From the NCBI GenBank assembly GCA_000002445.1, contig CP000070.1:1344001-1408000 (forward strand): DNA of 64,000 nucleotides, given 5' to 3'. Below are positions 32,249-42,328 of this stretch, in pieces (within the stretch, counting starts at the first letter, position 1; the number at the start of each line of letters is the position of its first letter). A program made the position numbers and the translations under genes. Below the pieces are notes generated by a model. It ran no database searches and was not told the origin of the DNA. It worked only from the letters and a program-made list of their open reading frames with translations. This DNA comes from Trypanosoma brucei. Its lineage: Eukaryota.

Positions 32249-35200
32249 ATGACACAGCCCTCGGCAGATGAAATCTACGGTCGCCGTGCGAAAGTCAACT
32301 CTGTGATAAAGCATTCGCTGTGTTCCGGGGTCTGTGCAGTACCACAATGGATTGTTCTTTCCATGGCTGGCCTTCTCACGGGGGCACTTTTTTTTCTACC
32401 CTTTTCCACAGCCACACTTCACATTGTCTTTGTAGCCATGTCTATTGCTCTCGGTCTTCTGTTCGCGCTGTTCTCTTGGATACTGCAAAGGCACCTGTGC
32501 AAGCGGCCACCACGTGATAGCGGACTTATTAATCGGTCGGTGACTGAGGTTGAGGGTACTCAGCCCCGTCGTCTTTCAGGGGGATCAGAGGGAAGAGAGT
32601 TTAATGCCGCGAGGAGCGAGGGGGAATTAGAGGCGCACTGTTTTTTTGAAAGCGGTAGCCGTTGGTGTCTGGAAGCTCTGGCGATAGTGGAATTGCTTGT
32701 GCTGGGCGCTCTCGTGCTTCTTGCACCGCTCGTGGTCAGAATGGATGTGGAGGGAAAGTCTCTTGTTCCATCAGATGCGAGAGAGGACCCTAGTGAGCTG
32801 GCGTACCCCGTGGAAGCAGCATGGAAGGTGTTTCTCTTGCATCTATGGTTTACCTTCGCCGTTAGTATGAAGTGTGCAGCTTCATTTTCGGTGGGGTTGA
32901 TTCACTTCATTGTGCTCACGGCGTCGTTCAAAAAGCCTGGTACCATACCGGTCCTCCTCTTGGCGGCTTCCTTTATCATACCCGTTATCCTTTTTCTTGT
33001 TATTACGGCGAGGACCGCACTTCAACTGCGGAAATTACCAAAGCATACGCACCACGTAGGGTGTGACGACGTCGCAGGGAAGGAGTTGTCGCGAGGTGGC
33101 GATGAATTTAACCGATCATCTAATGCCACAACTGGCCTTTCTACAGGGGAGACAGAAACGTTGCCTTCTCAGTCTTCCTGTGGTATCTTTAGGCCACCCC
33201 CTGGACATCGCAGCGCAGAGTTTGGAGAGCCCGGTTCCAGCGGGGATTCTTCTCCGCGTCACTGCGAAGTGGTGGCTAAAGAGGAGTTGGGCCGACAAAA
33301 TCAACCCAAGTGGTCTCCATGTGGGTTACAGTGCAGTTGGAACATACCTCGAGGTCTATTGGATGACACTCGAATCCCCTTCGTGGCTCTAGATACTACC
33401 ACCGGTTGCATTGAGTGTGCAAGTGCGGGGTTTGCCGAGAATGTTGGTATGCCGGTAGCCCGATTGACTGGTCGAGAGTTTGGGGGCCTCTTAAGTGAGC
33501 TCCACGTGGAAAATGCGGCAACGGTGTTGGATGTTGTGCGCACCGTAGCAAGTTCTACCGTAAGCAAACCTCGCGCAATCCACACTGAGGGTAACGGGAA
33601 AGAAGTTTCAGGTGTACGGAGGACAGTGTTTGGAAAGTTTGGGATTAGGCCGCTGTTTTCAAAGCAGCGGCAGGTCGGGCCATTATCTGCACTGGTTGCT
33701 GATGCTGATAAGTCGTCAATGGAGATCGAAATGAACTTTCCACATATTGCGAAGGAAAGTAGTGGTCGCCGTGTCTTGGTGCGGGGATGCCGTTTCCAGG
33801 ACGAGATGGACACTCACAGCTCAAAATCATTAGCTGCTGTAGTTGATGAAGCAAAAACAAGGGGGACTGGCACGTCATCTTCTGGCATTGAGCGTGAACG
33901 CCCGATGGTATCTGAACCGAATAGTGTAACAGGTATTAAACCATCACATTTTTTTTCACTTTCACTAGATGTTTATTTATATCAACACCACGATACCTGC
34001 AACAGCAGGTATTTAGTTTTGCGGCAGCCGTCGTTGCATTATGCACTAGATTGTGTTCCACTGCCGTGTTTTCTCGTACACCCCCAAACGGGTCATGTGC
34101 TACACTGGAACGAAGCCGCAGAGCGAGAAACCGGGCTCTCAGCATACGACATGGTGGGTTGGCCGGTGTGTTTAACTTCTGTAGTGGACCCTACCGGTTC
34201 ACTGGGAGTTTTTAAAGATGCTCAGAAGAAACACTCGCTAATGCCGTTTAACTCTGCACCATCTGCTGTTCTTCATCCACCCTTGGCGAGTCCTCCTTTG
34301 TTAGTGAGTCTCCATCTTGTGGCTGGTGGTGGGGTTGAGGCGGAACAGGGACCACTGTTGGATCAAATTGATTGTCTTTGTTGGCCAGGTCGGCATCTGA
34401 GAGACGTAGGCGAATGCAGGGGTTATGCAGAAACGGATGGGTCAGTTTTGAAGGACACCAGCGCCTGTTTCTCCAGTGACCGTGACTCAGAAGAGGCTGG
34501 AGGGATGCTCCCTCCGTTGAACCCCGTTAGCGTGAATTTGGAACCTCTTGATGATTATATCTCTAGAAAAGCGCTGTTTTTCCCGCCGGCATGGATGCCG
34601 GAATCACTTACTGAAAGTAAAGCGAATACCGTGACGTGGGATGCACTTCACGTTCCTTTACTGTTTTTAATACATGGCGAAGCGCCGGGGGTGCGTGAGT
34701 GTTCGCCACTTGCGGATTGTTGTCAACCAAAGAAACAACGGAAGAACAACGGAGAGGTTGAGGGACTTTCTCAATCTTTTGTTGATATTATTGAGGAGTT
34801 CAAGGAGTCTCTGAGTTGTGCCCTCGTGAAGGAGTGTGGCATCTCCTCCCTCCCATTAAGGGATGGCAAGGAAACACTACCAAATCCCGATATAACGCAA
34901 TACTTGGGCGAACTACGGGAACTTTTCACGTGTTTGGCACAGAAGGTTGATTCCTTTAGGGAGTGTCGTGGGGTTCCTATGTCCGGCAGGGGGGATATTT
35001 GTGGGGACTTTTCGGACGCAGAGGATGGTGATACCAGTTCCGCCGTCAGAGGCGGACGCCGACCGGTTACTGCTTTTGGTTCGTCACTTGACTTGGGAAG
35101 GGGAGTCACTACCGCTCGCTACGTTGGTGATGGCAGTCGCGGAATAAAGGAGGGGAATGATATATTTGGCGAGGAGGGCGCACGAAAAGGGATCAAGGAG

Positions 35201-37285
35201 CAACAGCAAAGGACCCGTTACGACGCGCCTGCTGCTGGGGTGTTGGCGTTAGCACACAAGAATACGGCAAGTCATCCAGTTTCGTCATTTGCCGTGTCGC
35301 AAGACGCCCTCGTGACACCCCCGGCGCGTGGTGCTGCTCTCGTGGACCTCGGCAATCTGACTCGTCCTTCAGGGGAGGAGCGGTTTGTGGAGAGAGGACC
35401 TGGTTCTGGTGCAAGTAAACGTTGTGACACACACCGAATTCCACCCATGCAACCTCACAGTAAGCCGCTTGGTTATTCGAACCCTGCGGCAGAAATCCCT
35501 TCGAGGAGTGTAACTCCCACGTCGCCACTGAGGTTGGACCACTGTGAATCTCCCGGGGACCTGCCCGTGTGGGCGATGTTGAAGAGTAATGACGAAGCAA
35601 CCGTTCCATCATGTTTTATCCGAGTGCCGTTTGGAGAGGTGTTTCGCTTTGGCCGCAGCAGTAAGTGCCACGCAACGACATCTGATGTCTTTGTGAGTAG
35701 TGTCCAGTTCACAGTCAGTCGCTGGGTGCCCGCGCAGTTGTGTGCCATTCGTTCCTCTACACCACCGCATCAAGATAACGGCAGTTCCTGCGGCAGCTGC
35801 TCGCCAACGCCGTCTGGTTACGGACCATGCAACTCATCGGCCCTGGCGGACTGGAGGGTTGAGCTGTGTGACTGCAGTATTAATGGTACATACGTGAACG
35901 TCAAACGAATCGGCAAGGGGAGGACGTGTACTTTGCGAAACAACGATCTTATTACATTTCAGTTGAGAGCCCGACGGTTCTTTTTAGGGTTTAGGTTTGT
36001 GTTAACGGATGAGCGAGGCGTACCGCTGAAGGAGTGTTCCTCACCCACGTGCAGCAGCTTCCGTGCTTCCGGGATCTCTGGACGCGGTACACCACGCCTT
36101 TGGCAGCGCACCTTATCGGGGTCCGGTAGTACTTTTGCGTTAAACGCCAGTCAAACGGAATCGGCTAAGCTCAACTGTAGTGATAGTGCTTCCCAGGCAG
36201 TTCGTAGTGCTAGTGGCGTTCGGCACGGCGCCAGAACTCCCAATGCAAGGAGGATTCATACCAGCCAACGTGGTAGTGGTCGCCACCAACGCGGGACGAT
36301 AGAGTGGAAGATAGGTGAGGAAATGCTGGGTAAGGGTGGGAATGCTGAGGTATATCTTGGGATGAATCTCACGAACGGGAAACTCATTGCAGTGAAACGA
36401 GTTCCACTCCCCAAAGAGGCTGGAGGAGGCGGAAATGGAAAGGGATTGCTAAAGCGGTATATGAGCCTGCAGGAAGAAATAAAGGTCCTTTCTAAGGCTG
36501 TGCACCAAAATATTGTTCAGTACTACGGTTCCTCTCAGAATAAGGACTACTTCAACATACTTCTTGAGTTTGTGCCTGGTGGGTCGCTGCGTCATCTATT
36601 GGAAAACTTTGGCGCTCTTAGTCCGGGCGTTATATGCTCTTATCTGGCGCAAACACTCGAGGGTCTGCGCTATTTGCATGAAAATGACATTGTGCACTCT
36701 GACGTTAAAGCAGCTAACATACTTGTCACCGATAAGGGTCGAGTAAAACTTTCTGATTTCGGCACGGCCAAACATCTTCTCTGGCAGCAAGGTCAGTCGA
36801 TTGACCTGGCGAACATTTCAGGTGCCGCAGAAAGGACTGCGGATGATGCCGCGTGCTCCACGCACCATGTAGCCGGTACACTCCGTTGGATGGCTCCAGA
36901 GTTAATTAGGGCTTCTATCGGTCCGACGAAGGCGAGTGACATTTGGTCGGTGGGTTGTGCATTGATTGAGATGCTCTCTGGTGATGCACCATGGAACGAG
37001 TATGAAATCGAGAGCGAGGAGGAAATAATCAATCTTCTCAAGTACACCACGGAACCACCAGACGTACCAGAGTGCCAGGTCTTGCCTGAGTTAACACTCA
37101 TTGCAAAAAAATGTCTTGCGCTCTCCCCCCGTGATCGACCGACGTGTGAAGAGTTACTGCAACTTGTCGAGGAAGCAAGAGAGAAACTTGGGCTTCAAGA
37201 AGACGAAACTCAGTCACGGTGTGACGATTCGACATCATTGCGTCTTTCCTCTGTTTTGGGTAACGCTGCTGTGGAAGGTAATTGA
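32249..37285 (+). CDS. Membrane-associated STE11/MEKK-like serine/threonine protein kinase with an FHA domain
   Basis: First ATG at 32249. The N-terminal ~270 aa contain at least five strongly hydrophobic predicted TM helices. An FHA domain lies around aa ~1090-1210 (FRFGRSSKCHATTSDVFVSSVQFTV...CDCSINGTYVNVKRIGKGRTCTLRNNDLITF). The C-terminal kinase domain has all the catalytic motifs: LGKGGNAEVY, AVKRV, HENDIVHSDVKAANILV, SDFGTA, WMAPE and DIWSVGCALIEMLSG. Confidence 0.85.
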   Translation: MTQPSADEIYGRRAKVNSVIKHSLCSGVCAVPQWIVLSMAGLLTGALFFLPFSTATLHIVFVAMSIALGLLFALFSWILQRHLCKRPPRDSGLINRSVTEVEGTQPRRLSGGSEGREFNAARSEGELEAHCFFESGSRWCLEALAIVELLVLGALVLLAPLVVRMDVEGKSLVPSDAREDPSELAYPVEAAWKVFLLHLWFTFAVSMKCAASFSVGLIHFIVLTASFKKPGTIPVLLLAASFIIPVILFLVITARTALQLRKLPKHTHHVGCDDVAGKELSRGGDEFNRSSNATTGLSTGETETLPSQSSCGIFRPPPGHRSAEFGEPGSSGDSSPRHCEVVAKEELGRQNQPKWSPCGLQCSWNIPRGLLDDTRIPFVALDTTTGCIECASAGFAENVGMPVARLTGREFGGLLSELHVENAATVLDVVRTVASSTVSKPRAIHTEGNGKEVSGVRRTVFGKFGIRPLFSKQRQVGPLSALVADADKSSMEIEMNFPHIAKESSGRRVLVRGCRFQDEMDTHSSKSLAAVVDEAKTRGTGTSSSGIERERPMVSEPNSVTGIKPSHFFSLSLDVYLYQHHDTCNSRYLVLRQPSLHYALDCVPLPCFLVHPQTGHVLHWNEAAERETGLSAYDMVGWPVCLTSVVDPTGSLGVFKDAQKKHSLMPFNSAPSAVLHPPLASPPLLVSLHLVAGGGVEAEQGPLLDQIDCLCWPGRHLRDVGECRGYAETDGSVLKDTSACFSSDRDSEEAGGMLPPLNPVSVNLEPLDDYISRKALFFPPAWMPESLTESKANTVTWDALHVPLLFLIHGEAPGVRECSPLADCCQPKKQRKNNGEVEGLSQSFVDIIEEFKESLSCALVKECGISSLPLRDGKETLPNPDITQYLGELRELFTCLAQKVDSFRECRGVPMSGRGDICGDFSDAEDGDTSSAVRGGRRPVTAFGSSLDLGRGVTTARYVGDGSRGIKEGNDIFGEEGARKGIKEQQQRTRYDAPAAGVLALAHKNTASHPVSSFAVSQDALVTPPARGAALVDLGNLTRPSGEERFVERGPGSGASKRCDTHRIPPMQPHSKPLGYSNPAAEIPSRSVTPTSPLRLDHCESPGDLPVWAMLKSNDEATVPSCFIRVPFGEVFRFGRSSKCHATTSDVFVSSVQFTVSRWVPAQLCAIRSSTPPHQDNGSSCGSCSPTPSGYGPCNSSALADWRVELCDCSINGTYVNVKRIGKGRTCTLRNNDLITFQLRARRFFLGFRFVLTDERGVPLKECSSPTCSSFRASGISGRGTPRLWQRTLSGSGSTFALNASQTESAKLNCSDSASQAVRSASGVRHGARTPNARRIHTSQRGSGRHQRGTIEWKIGEEMLGKGGNAEVYLGMNLTNGKLIAVKRVPLPKEAGGGGNGKGLLKRYMSLQEEIKVLSKAVHQNIVQYYGSSQNKDYFNILLEFVPGGSLRHLLENFGALSPGVICSYLAQTLEGLRYLHENDIVHSDVKAANILVTDKGRVKLSDFGTAKHLLWQQGQSIDLANISGAAERTADDAACSTHHVAGTLRWMAPELIRASIGPTKASDIWSVGCALIEMLSGDAPWNEYEIESEEEIINLLKYTTEPPDVPECQVLPELTLIAKKCLALSPRDRPTCEELLQLVEEAREKLGLQEDETQSRCDDSTSLRLSSVLGNAAVEGN

Positions 37286-37566
37286 ACCGCCTTACCTTTT
37301 TGAACCATGGCACATGGCTGCAGCTGCGCAGTGTGTTTCACCGCACAAGGGATGGAAATTACCGTGTCCTGTGCGACCCCTGTTGCCTCTTCGAAACGAC
37401 CTTTACCGAATTAAATTGGAAAAATGAGGGAATGTCTGCCACCGCCATGCGGTACATTTGATTATCTGTTACTTGTATAAAAGTGGTAGACTATGTCTTT
37501 TTCAGTGCCGTTTTCCATAAGTGATATAGGGCCGGGTGTGGGGATAGGTGCACGTATGTATACGTG

Positions 37567-37591
37567 TATATATATATATATATATATATAT
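37567..37591. repeat. (TA)12 microsatellite in the intergenic region upstream of lanosterol synthase
   Basis: Direct reading. Similar short (TA)n runs occur at 11754-11767, 12099-12114, 17176-17193 and 49526-49540. A compound (TA/TATG)n run lies at ~41745-41795. Confidence 0.9.
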
Positions 37592-37850
37592 GTGGCTGTG
37601 GAGGACAAACTCTGGACTCTGAATTGCTTTCATTTTACTCCTGCTTTTATTTACCACCGTCGTTTGCAATTTCATCTGTATTTCTCTATTCGAAGTTTCT
37701 TAATTGCAAACAGACGTGTGTGTGCGCGTCCACATGTGCCTGTGGCTCACTTTCTTCCATTTCGTGCACATGTTTCGAACCCGGTGGCAATACATCTTAG
37801 GTTTCGTCACTGTGACACCTTTGTGCTTTTTTGTTTTGTTCTTTGTCAAA

Positions 37851-37922
37851 CTTTTTTCACCTTGTGCATACTTATGCCTTCATTTCTCCTTTTTCTCTCT
37901 TTTTCGTTTCGATCTTTTATGA
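37851..37922 (+). promoter_or_regulatory. Pyrimidine-rich tract upstream of lanosterol synthase: candidate trans-splicing signal
   Basis: cttttttcaccttgtgcatacttatgccttcatttctcctttttctctctttttcgtttcgatcttttatg, ~250 nt upstream of ATG 38167. Confidence 0.35.
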
Positions 37923-38166
37923 TTTAACCGTTAGCTGTTTTTTTTTCACGAGCAGCAGTTGCCGTATCATCCTCCGTTGTTTTGAGTGTTCAGCGTATTT
38001 ATTTTTTTTTTCTGCCGTAATAGAAGGCTTAAGGGGTAGCCAAGACGTTTCATTTTTTACTTTTTATTTTTCCTCGCTAAAAGACCAAGAGAAAAGGAAA
38101 AAGGAACAAGAGAAGGAAAACCCGTCACTCCAGGTTGTTTGTTTATCTTTTCACTCGTTACTAAAA

Positions 38167-40887
38167 ATGATGCTCTATCAGAGAAGGGGCAGGGGCGAGA
38201 TGCACAGACCCGGCATTCGAACCATTGTTGGAAGTGGTAACTCTGCACCCAGTTCACTATGCGCACCGTTCCCGTTTGATAGTGTGATCCCGCCGCCACC
38301 AAGAGGCTTGTTAGAGCGCTTTCTGCGGCGACTGACCTCAACCATCTCATGGGTGGTTTCGTTTCTTCTCGTCGTTTGCTCGATTCCCTTTCTGCTTCTC
38401 ATCCACGCGCTACTGGTCTACTGTGATGGATATAATCGTGAAGTTGTCGCGCGACATCGTAGAAAATGGCTACACCAAACGGTTCCACACGTAAGACCAG
38501 TGAGGGTGGCGCCGTCTCCCAACTTTCCCCTTGAGGGTTGGCATATGCGCTGCGAGGACGGCCGTCAGCGCTGGCACTACGGTCGGCTGCTCAATGTGGA
38601 GGAGGGGAATGAACTCGGGAAGGCCCAGGCTGAGGGATGTCCGTACACCCCTTATGGTGAAGCTGGAAATGCTAATGATGACTTTGAGGATACAGGCGCA
38701 ACAAGGACTGGCCCACGAGGTGGTCCGGACATGCGTGCAGTGAAGGAAGAGCGATGCCGCTTTGTTGAGCGATATCAATTGGGTCTCACAGGCACGGCTC
38801 ATGTAAAGCCTAGGGGATCTGTGGAAGAGGCCATGCGAGCAGGCGCTGAGTTCTTATTGCGCCTACAGCACCCATATTCCGGTCATTGGCCAAATGACTA
38901 TAGCGGGCCCCTATTTCTTACCCCCGGTGTTATCTTTGTTAGGTACATTGTGGCTCGTGGCAACATACGCAATATGTTCCCACCCCATGCAGATCACCAG
39001 CACGAGGGAGACGAGCCGTGCCTCTGTGGAGAAGCAGAGCGACTAGAACTTATACGTTACATACGAAACTATATGAACGAGGACGGTGGCTTTGGTCAAC
39101 ATACTGAGGGACACAGCACCATGCTTGGGACTGTCCTCAATTACGTTGCACTACGACTTATGGGGGTTTCAGATGATGACAGCGACGCGGCTCGCGCTCG
39201 TCAGTGGATCCGTGGTGAAGGCGGTGCTGTTTCCATTCCCACGTGGGGTAAGGTGTGGTTATGTGTCCTTGGTCTGTACGATTGGGACGGCGTTAACCCC
39301 ATTCCACCGGAGTTGTCATTGCTGCCCAACTGGATACCGTTTTCACCGAGCCGCCTGTGGTGTCACAGTCGTGTCGTTTCCATAGCCTTCTCGTACTTGT
39401 ATGGTTTGCGATGGAGGCAGCCCGATAATCTACTTCTTCAATGCCTGCGGTACGAGATTTACCTTGAGCCATATGGAAACATTAAGTGGGCTAAGCATCG
39501 AAGCAACATTTGTGCCAAGGACTGCTATACACCTCTTTCTTCCGTGTACAAAGTTTTCGCCGCCGTTATGAGTTTGTATGAGAAGCGGCCCATCAAATTT
39601 CTTCGCAGGCGGGCGCTGGAGGTAGCATGGACCCATATTGCTTACGATGATGAAAGCACACATTTCATATGCCTTGGGCCGGTGAACAAGGCGTTCGACA
39701 TGCTCATAACGTGGATACGTGAGGGAGAAACTAGTGGAAGGTACCTAAACCACCTTAATCGTCTCGATGATTATTTCTTCATGGGACCTGAAGGGCTTAG
39801 GATGAGTGGTTATAACGGTTCACAATTATGGGACACGTCGTTCGCTGTACAGGCCCTCTGCGCCTGCAACATGGAGTTGTTGTACCCTGAGGAGATGGCC
39901 CTTGCTCATCACTACGTAGATGTTGCGCAGGTGCAGGAGAATCCGGTGGCAGCGACACAGTTTTACCGCCATCGGACGAAAGGTGCGTGGAACTTCAGTA
40001 CACGCCCGCAAGCGTGGCAGGTGTCAGATTGCACAGCCGAAGGGCTTCGTGTATTGCTGCTGCTCCGTCACAAGCCATTTCCTCACCAACGCATTTATGA
40101 CGCTGTGGATCAGATTTTGTCCCTGAGGAATCGAGGCGGCGGGTGGGCTTCTTATGAGCCAACTTGCGCACCCCACTACGTAGAACTTCTCAACTGCTCG
40201 GATGTGTTCAAGGATGTCATGACTGACTACGTCTACACGGAGTGCACAAGCAGTTGTGTGCACACACTCTCACTTTTCCGAGAGCACTTTCCCGACTACC
40301 GGCGGGAGGATGTAGATAGGGCCATTCGCGATGGTGTGAAGTGCATGCTGGCGAACCAGCGGACGGATGGTTCGTATTACGGAAGTTGGGCCGTATGCTT
40401 TACATATGCTGCTTGGCTCTGCGCTAGTGCGCTTCGCATATCTGGTGAGATTTACGGCATGGAGGGAGATCCGACGTGTGTGCGCCTCGTTAACTTTTTG
40501 TTGTCACACCAGAATACGGACGGCGGTTGGGGGGAGGATGTGAGCGCGTGCGCTCGTGGTGTGTGGGTTGATAATCCAAGTGGAAGTCAAGTCGTCAACA
40601 CTGCGTGGGCGGTCATGGCTATCATGGCTGCCTCTGGCGAAGCGAGCTCAACCGAACTGCGCCGCCAGCTTCGTATTCTAAAGGCTGTAAGTGCAGGTAT
40701 TCACTTTATTGTGTCGCGCCAGCTATCAACAGGTGACTGGGCACAAGAGCGAATTAGCGGTGTGTTTAACGGTAACAACCCGATTCACTACCCAGGATAT
40801 AAAAATACCATGCCAGTGTGGGCACTGGGGGTGTACAGGCGCTGGAGTAAAACATACGGTCAACATTTTCCCCGATCGATGGATTAG
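38167..40887 (+). CDS. Lanosterol synthase (2,3-oxidosqualene cyclase, OSC/ERG7 family)
   Basis: First ATG at 38167 inside the longer ORF 37831..40887, giving 906 aa. Class II terpene cyclase signatures: GHWPNDYSGPLFLTPGVI, the catalytic-acid motif VSDCTAEGLRV, multiple QW repeats, and GSWAVCFTYAAWL. The N-terminal ~100 aa extension contains a hydrophobic segment. Confidence 0.9.
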   Translation: MMLYQRRGRGEMHRPGIRTIVGSGNSAPSSLCAPFPFDSVIPPPPRGLLERFLRRLTSTISWVVSFLLVVCSIPFLLLIHALLVYCDGYNREVVARHRRKWLHQTVPHVRPVRVAPSPNFPLEGWHMRCEDGRQRWHYGRLLNVEEGNELGKAQAEGCPYTPYGEAGNANDDFEDTGATRTGPRGGPDMRAVKEERCRFVERYQLGLTGTAHVKPRGSVEEAMRAGAEFLLRLQHPYSGHWPNDYSGPLFLTPGVIFVRYIVARGNIRNMFPPHADHQHEGDEPCLCGEAERLELIRYIRNYMNEDGGFGQHTEGHSTMLGTVLNYVALRLMGVSDDDSDAARARQWIRGEGGAVSIPTWGKVWLCVLGLYDWDGVNPIPPELSLLPNWIPFSPSRLWCHSRVVSIAFSYLYGLRWRQPDNLLLQCLRYEIYLEPYGNIKWAKHRSNICAKDCYTPLSSVYKVFAAVMSLYEKRPIKFLRRRALEVAWTHIAYDDESTHFICLGPVNKAFDMLITWIREGETSGRYLNHLNRLDDYFFMGPEGLRMSGYNGSQLWDTSFAVQALCACNMELLYPEEMALAHHYVDVAQVQENPVAATQFYRHRTKGAWNFSTRPQAWQVSDCTAEGLRVLLLLRHKPFPHQRIYDAVDQILSLRNRGGGWASYEPTCAPHYVELLNCSDVFKDVMTDYVYTECTSSCVHTLSLFREHFPDYRREDVDRAIRDGVKCMLANQRTDGSYYGSWAVCFTYAAWLCASALRISGEIYGMEGDPTCVRLVNFLLSHQNTDGGWGEDVSACARGVWVDNPSGSQVVNTAWAVMAIMAASGEASSTELRRQLRILKAVSAGIHFIVSRQLSTGDWAQERISGVFNGNNPIHYPGYKNTMPVWALGVYRRWSKTYGQHFPRSMD

Positions 40888-42328
40888 CAAGGGGAACGGA
40901 TGCTTGTGAGGATTGGAAGATTACGATACCTTCACAGTCACCACCAATGTAAATGTCACGGGAGAAAGTAACCGTCACGACTTTACTTGCGTGTGTCGGC
41001 GCCTACTTCCGACTTTTACACGGTGCGACGAGGACAACCTGCGTACTGTTGTCAGAAGTCCATTTGCTGCATCAATCCCCTGTCAAATGTTGAAGTGATA
41101 CATGAGGGTGAGGCATCACATGGAAGCAATGTGAAACAAAGTGCAAGTGTTTAAGTAGGTGAAGGAGAATGTGTAGTAGCTTGCCAACTTCTTGTCATGC
41201 AGTTAATCATACATATAAAGTGCCAAAAAGCAGTTGGTTAAGTGGACCTAATTTTCCCTATGATTTTAACTGTCCCCCTTCCATACATTTTTTCTGTTTT
41301 AGTGATGTCACTCGATGGCACCCCGCTTCTGTTATTTGTTCTTCTTGTCTTACGTGTCTCGCGTGTGTGTGCACGTTGTGTGATAACTTTCCTTTCGCCC
41401 ACCCTTCATTTGCCATTAACCCTTCCGGAGTGAAGGCACAATGTTAAGGCGAGTGGAATGCTGGAAAGCAGAAAAAAAAACAGAGAAAAGAAGGAAGAGG
41501 AGAGGGTGCGGAAAGGGAGTGTACGTGTACGTAGGAAACCGATGCGTGGATGTCCGCGTGGCACGGAAGTAGGAGCATCTTTCTTTTTTTTTTGCTACCT
41601 GGTTGCTTGTCTGCGTGTGAAAGTGAAATAGTTTGAAATGTTTCAGTGTAAGTACCCTGCTGACTAAATGTTTGCCATGGATGCAGTGAATCATTGTTAT
41701 TATTATTGTTGCTGCTGCTGCTGACATTGATATTGGTAATGGTATTGTTATATATATATGTATATGTATATATGTATGTATGTATATATATATATTGCAG
41801 CTATGGCAACTCTTTGCGTCCTTATTTTCTTCTTTTTGTCTGTTTGACATTAACATTTTTTGTAACAATCGTAACAGGCTAGGGGTCGCGGTGCCGGCCC
41901 TTGAGATACTTGAAAGTAGTCGTAATAAAGGAGTGGAAAAGGAATAGGAGTAACATAGCGGAAAGGAAGCGGCGTAGGATAGCTGTTTTCATTGCCATTG
42001 GCGCAAGGGAATTCAGCCCTACCTTCTACGCCTTCCTTCCTATTGTTTGACGGAATAGTTTTTTGCGTATAAGCATTGTGCGAGGTAGGGAAACAAGTGT
42101 AAGCTACTTAAGGAAGGGTATAAATATAATAGGAAGGTACCCCCGTTACCTGAAACGAAGTGGGGGAGTGTCTGTACAGGAGTGTTTCTTCGTTCATATA
42201 TATTTTCATATTTATATAGGGAGGGACGAGGAAGTGCGGCGGAGGAAGGCGACACCAACGACAATAGCAAACCGCGAACAGACGCCTCAGTATACACCTT
42301 TGTTGGTTTATTTTCCTTCAGCGTTCGC

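Noticed and set aside
37831-38166. N-terminal extension of the lanosterol synthase ORF as given in the ORF track (TTG start)
   Set aside because: It starts at a non-ATG codon and translates a pyrimidine-rich tract into F/L/S-rich nonsense. The first ATG at 38167 gives a protein of the expected OSC size.
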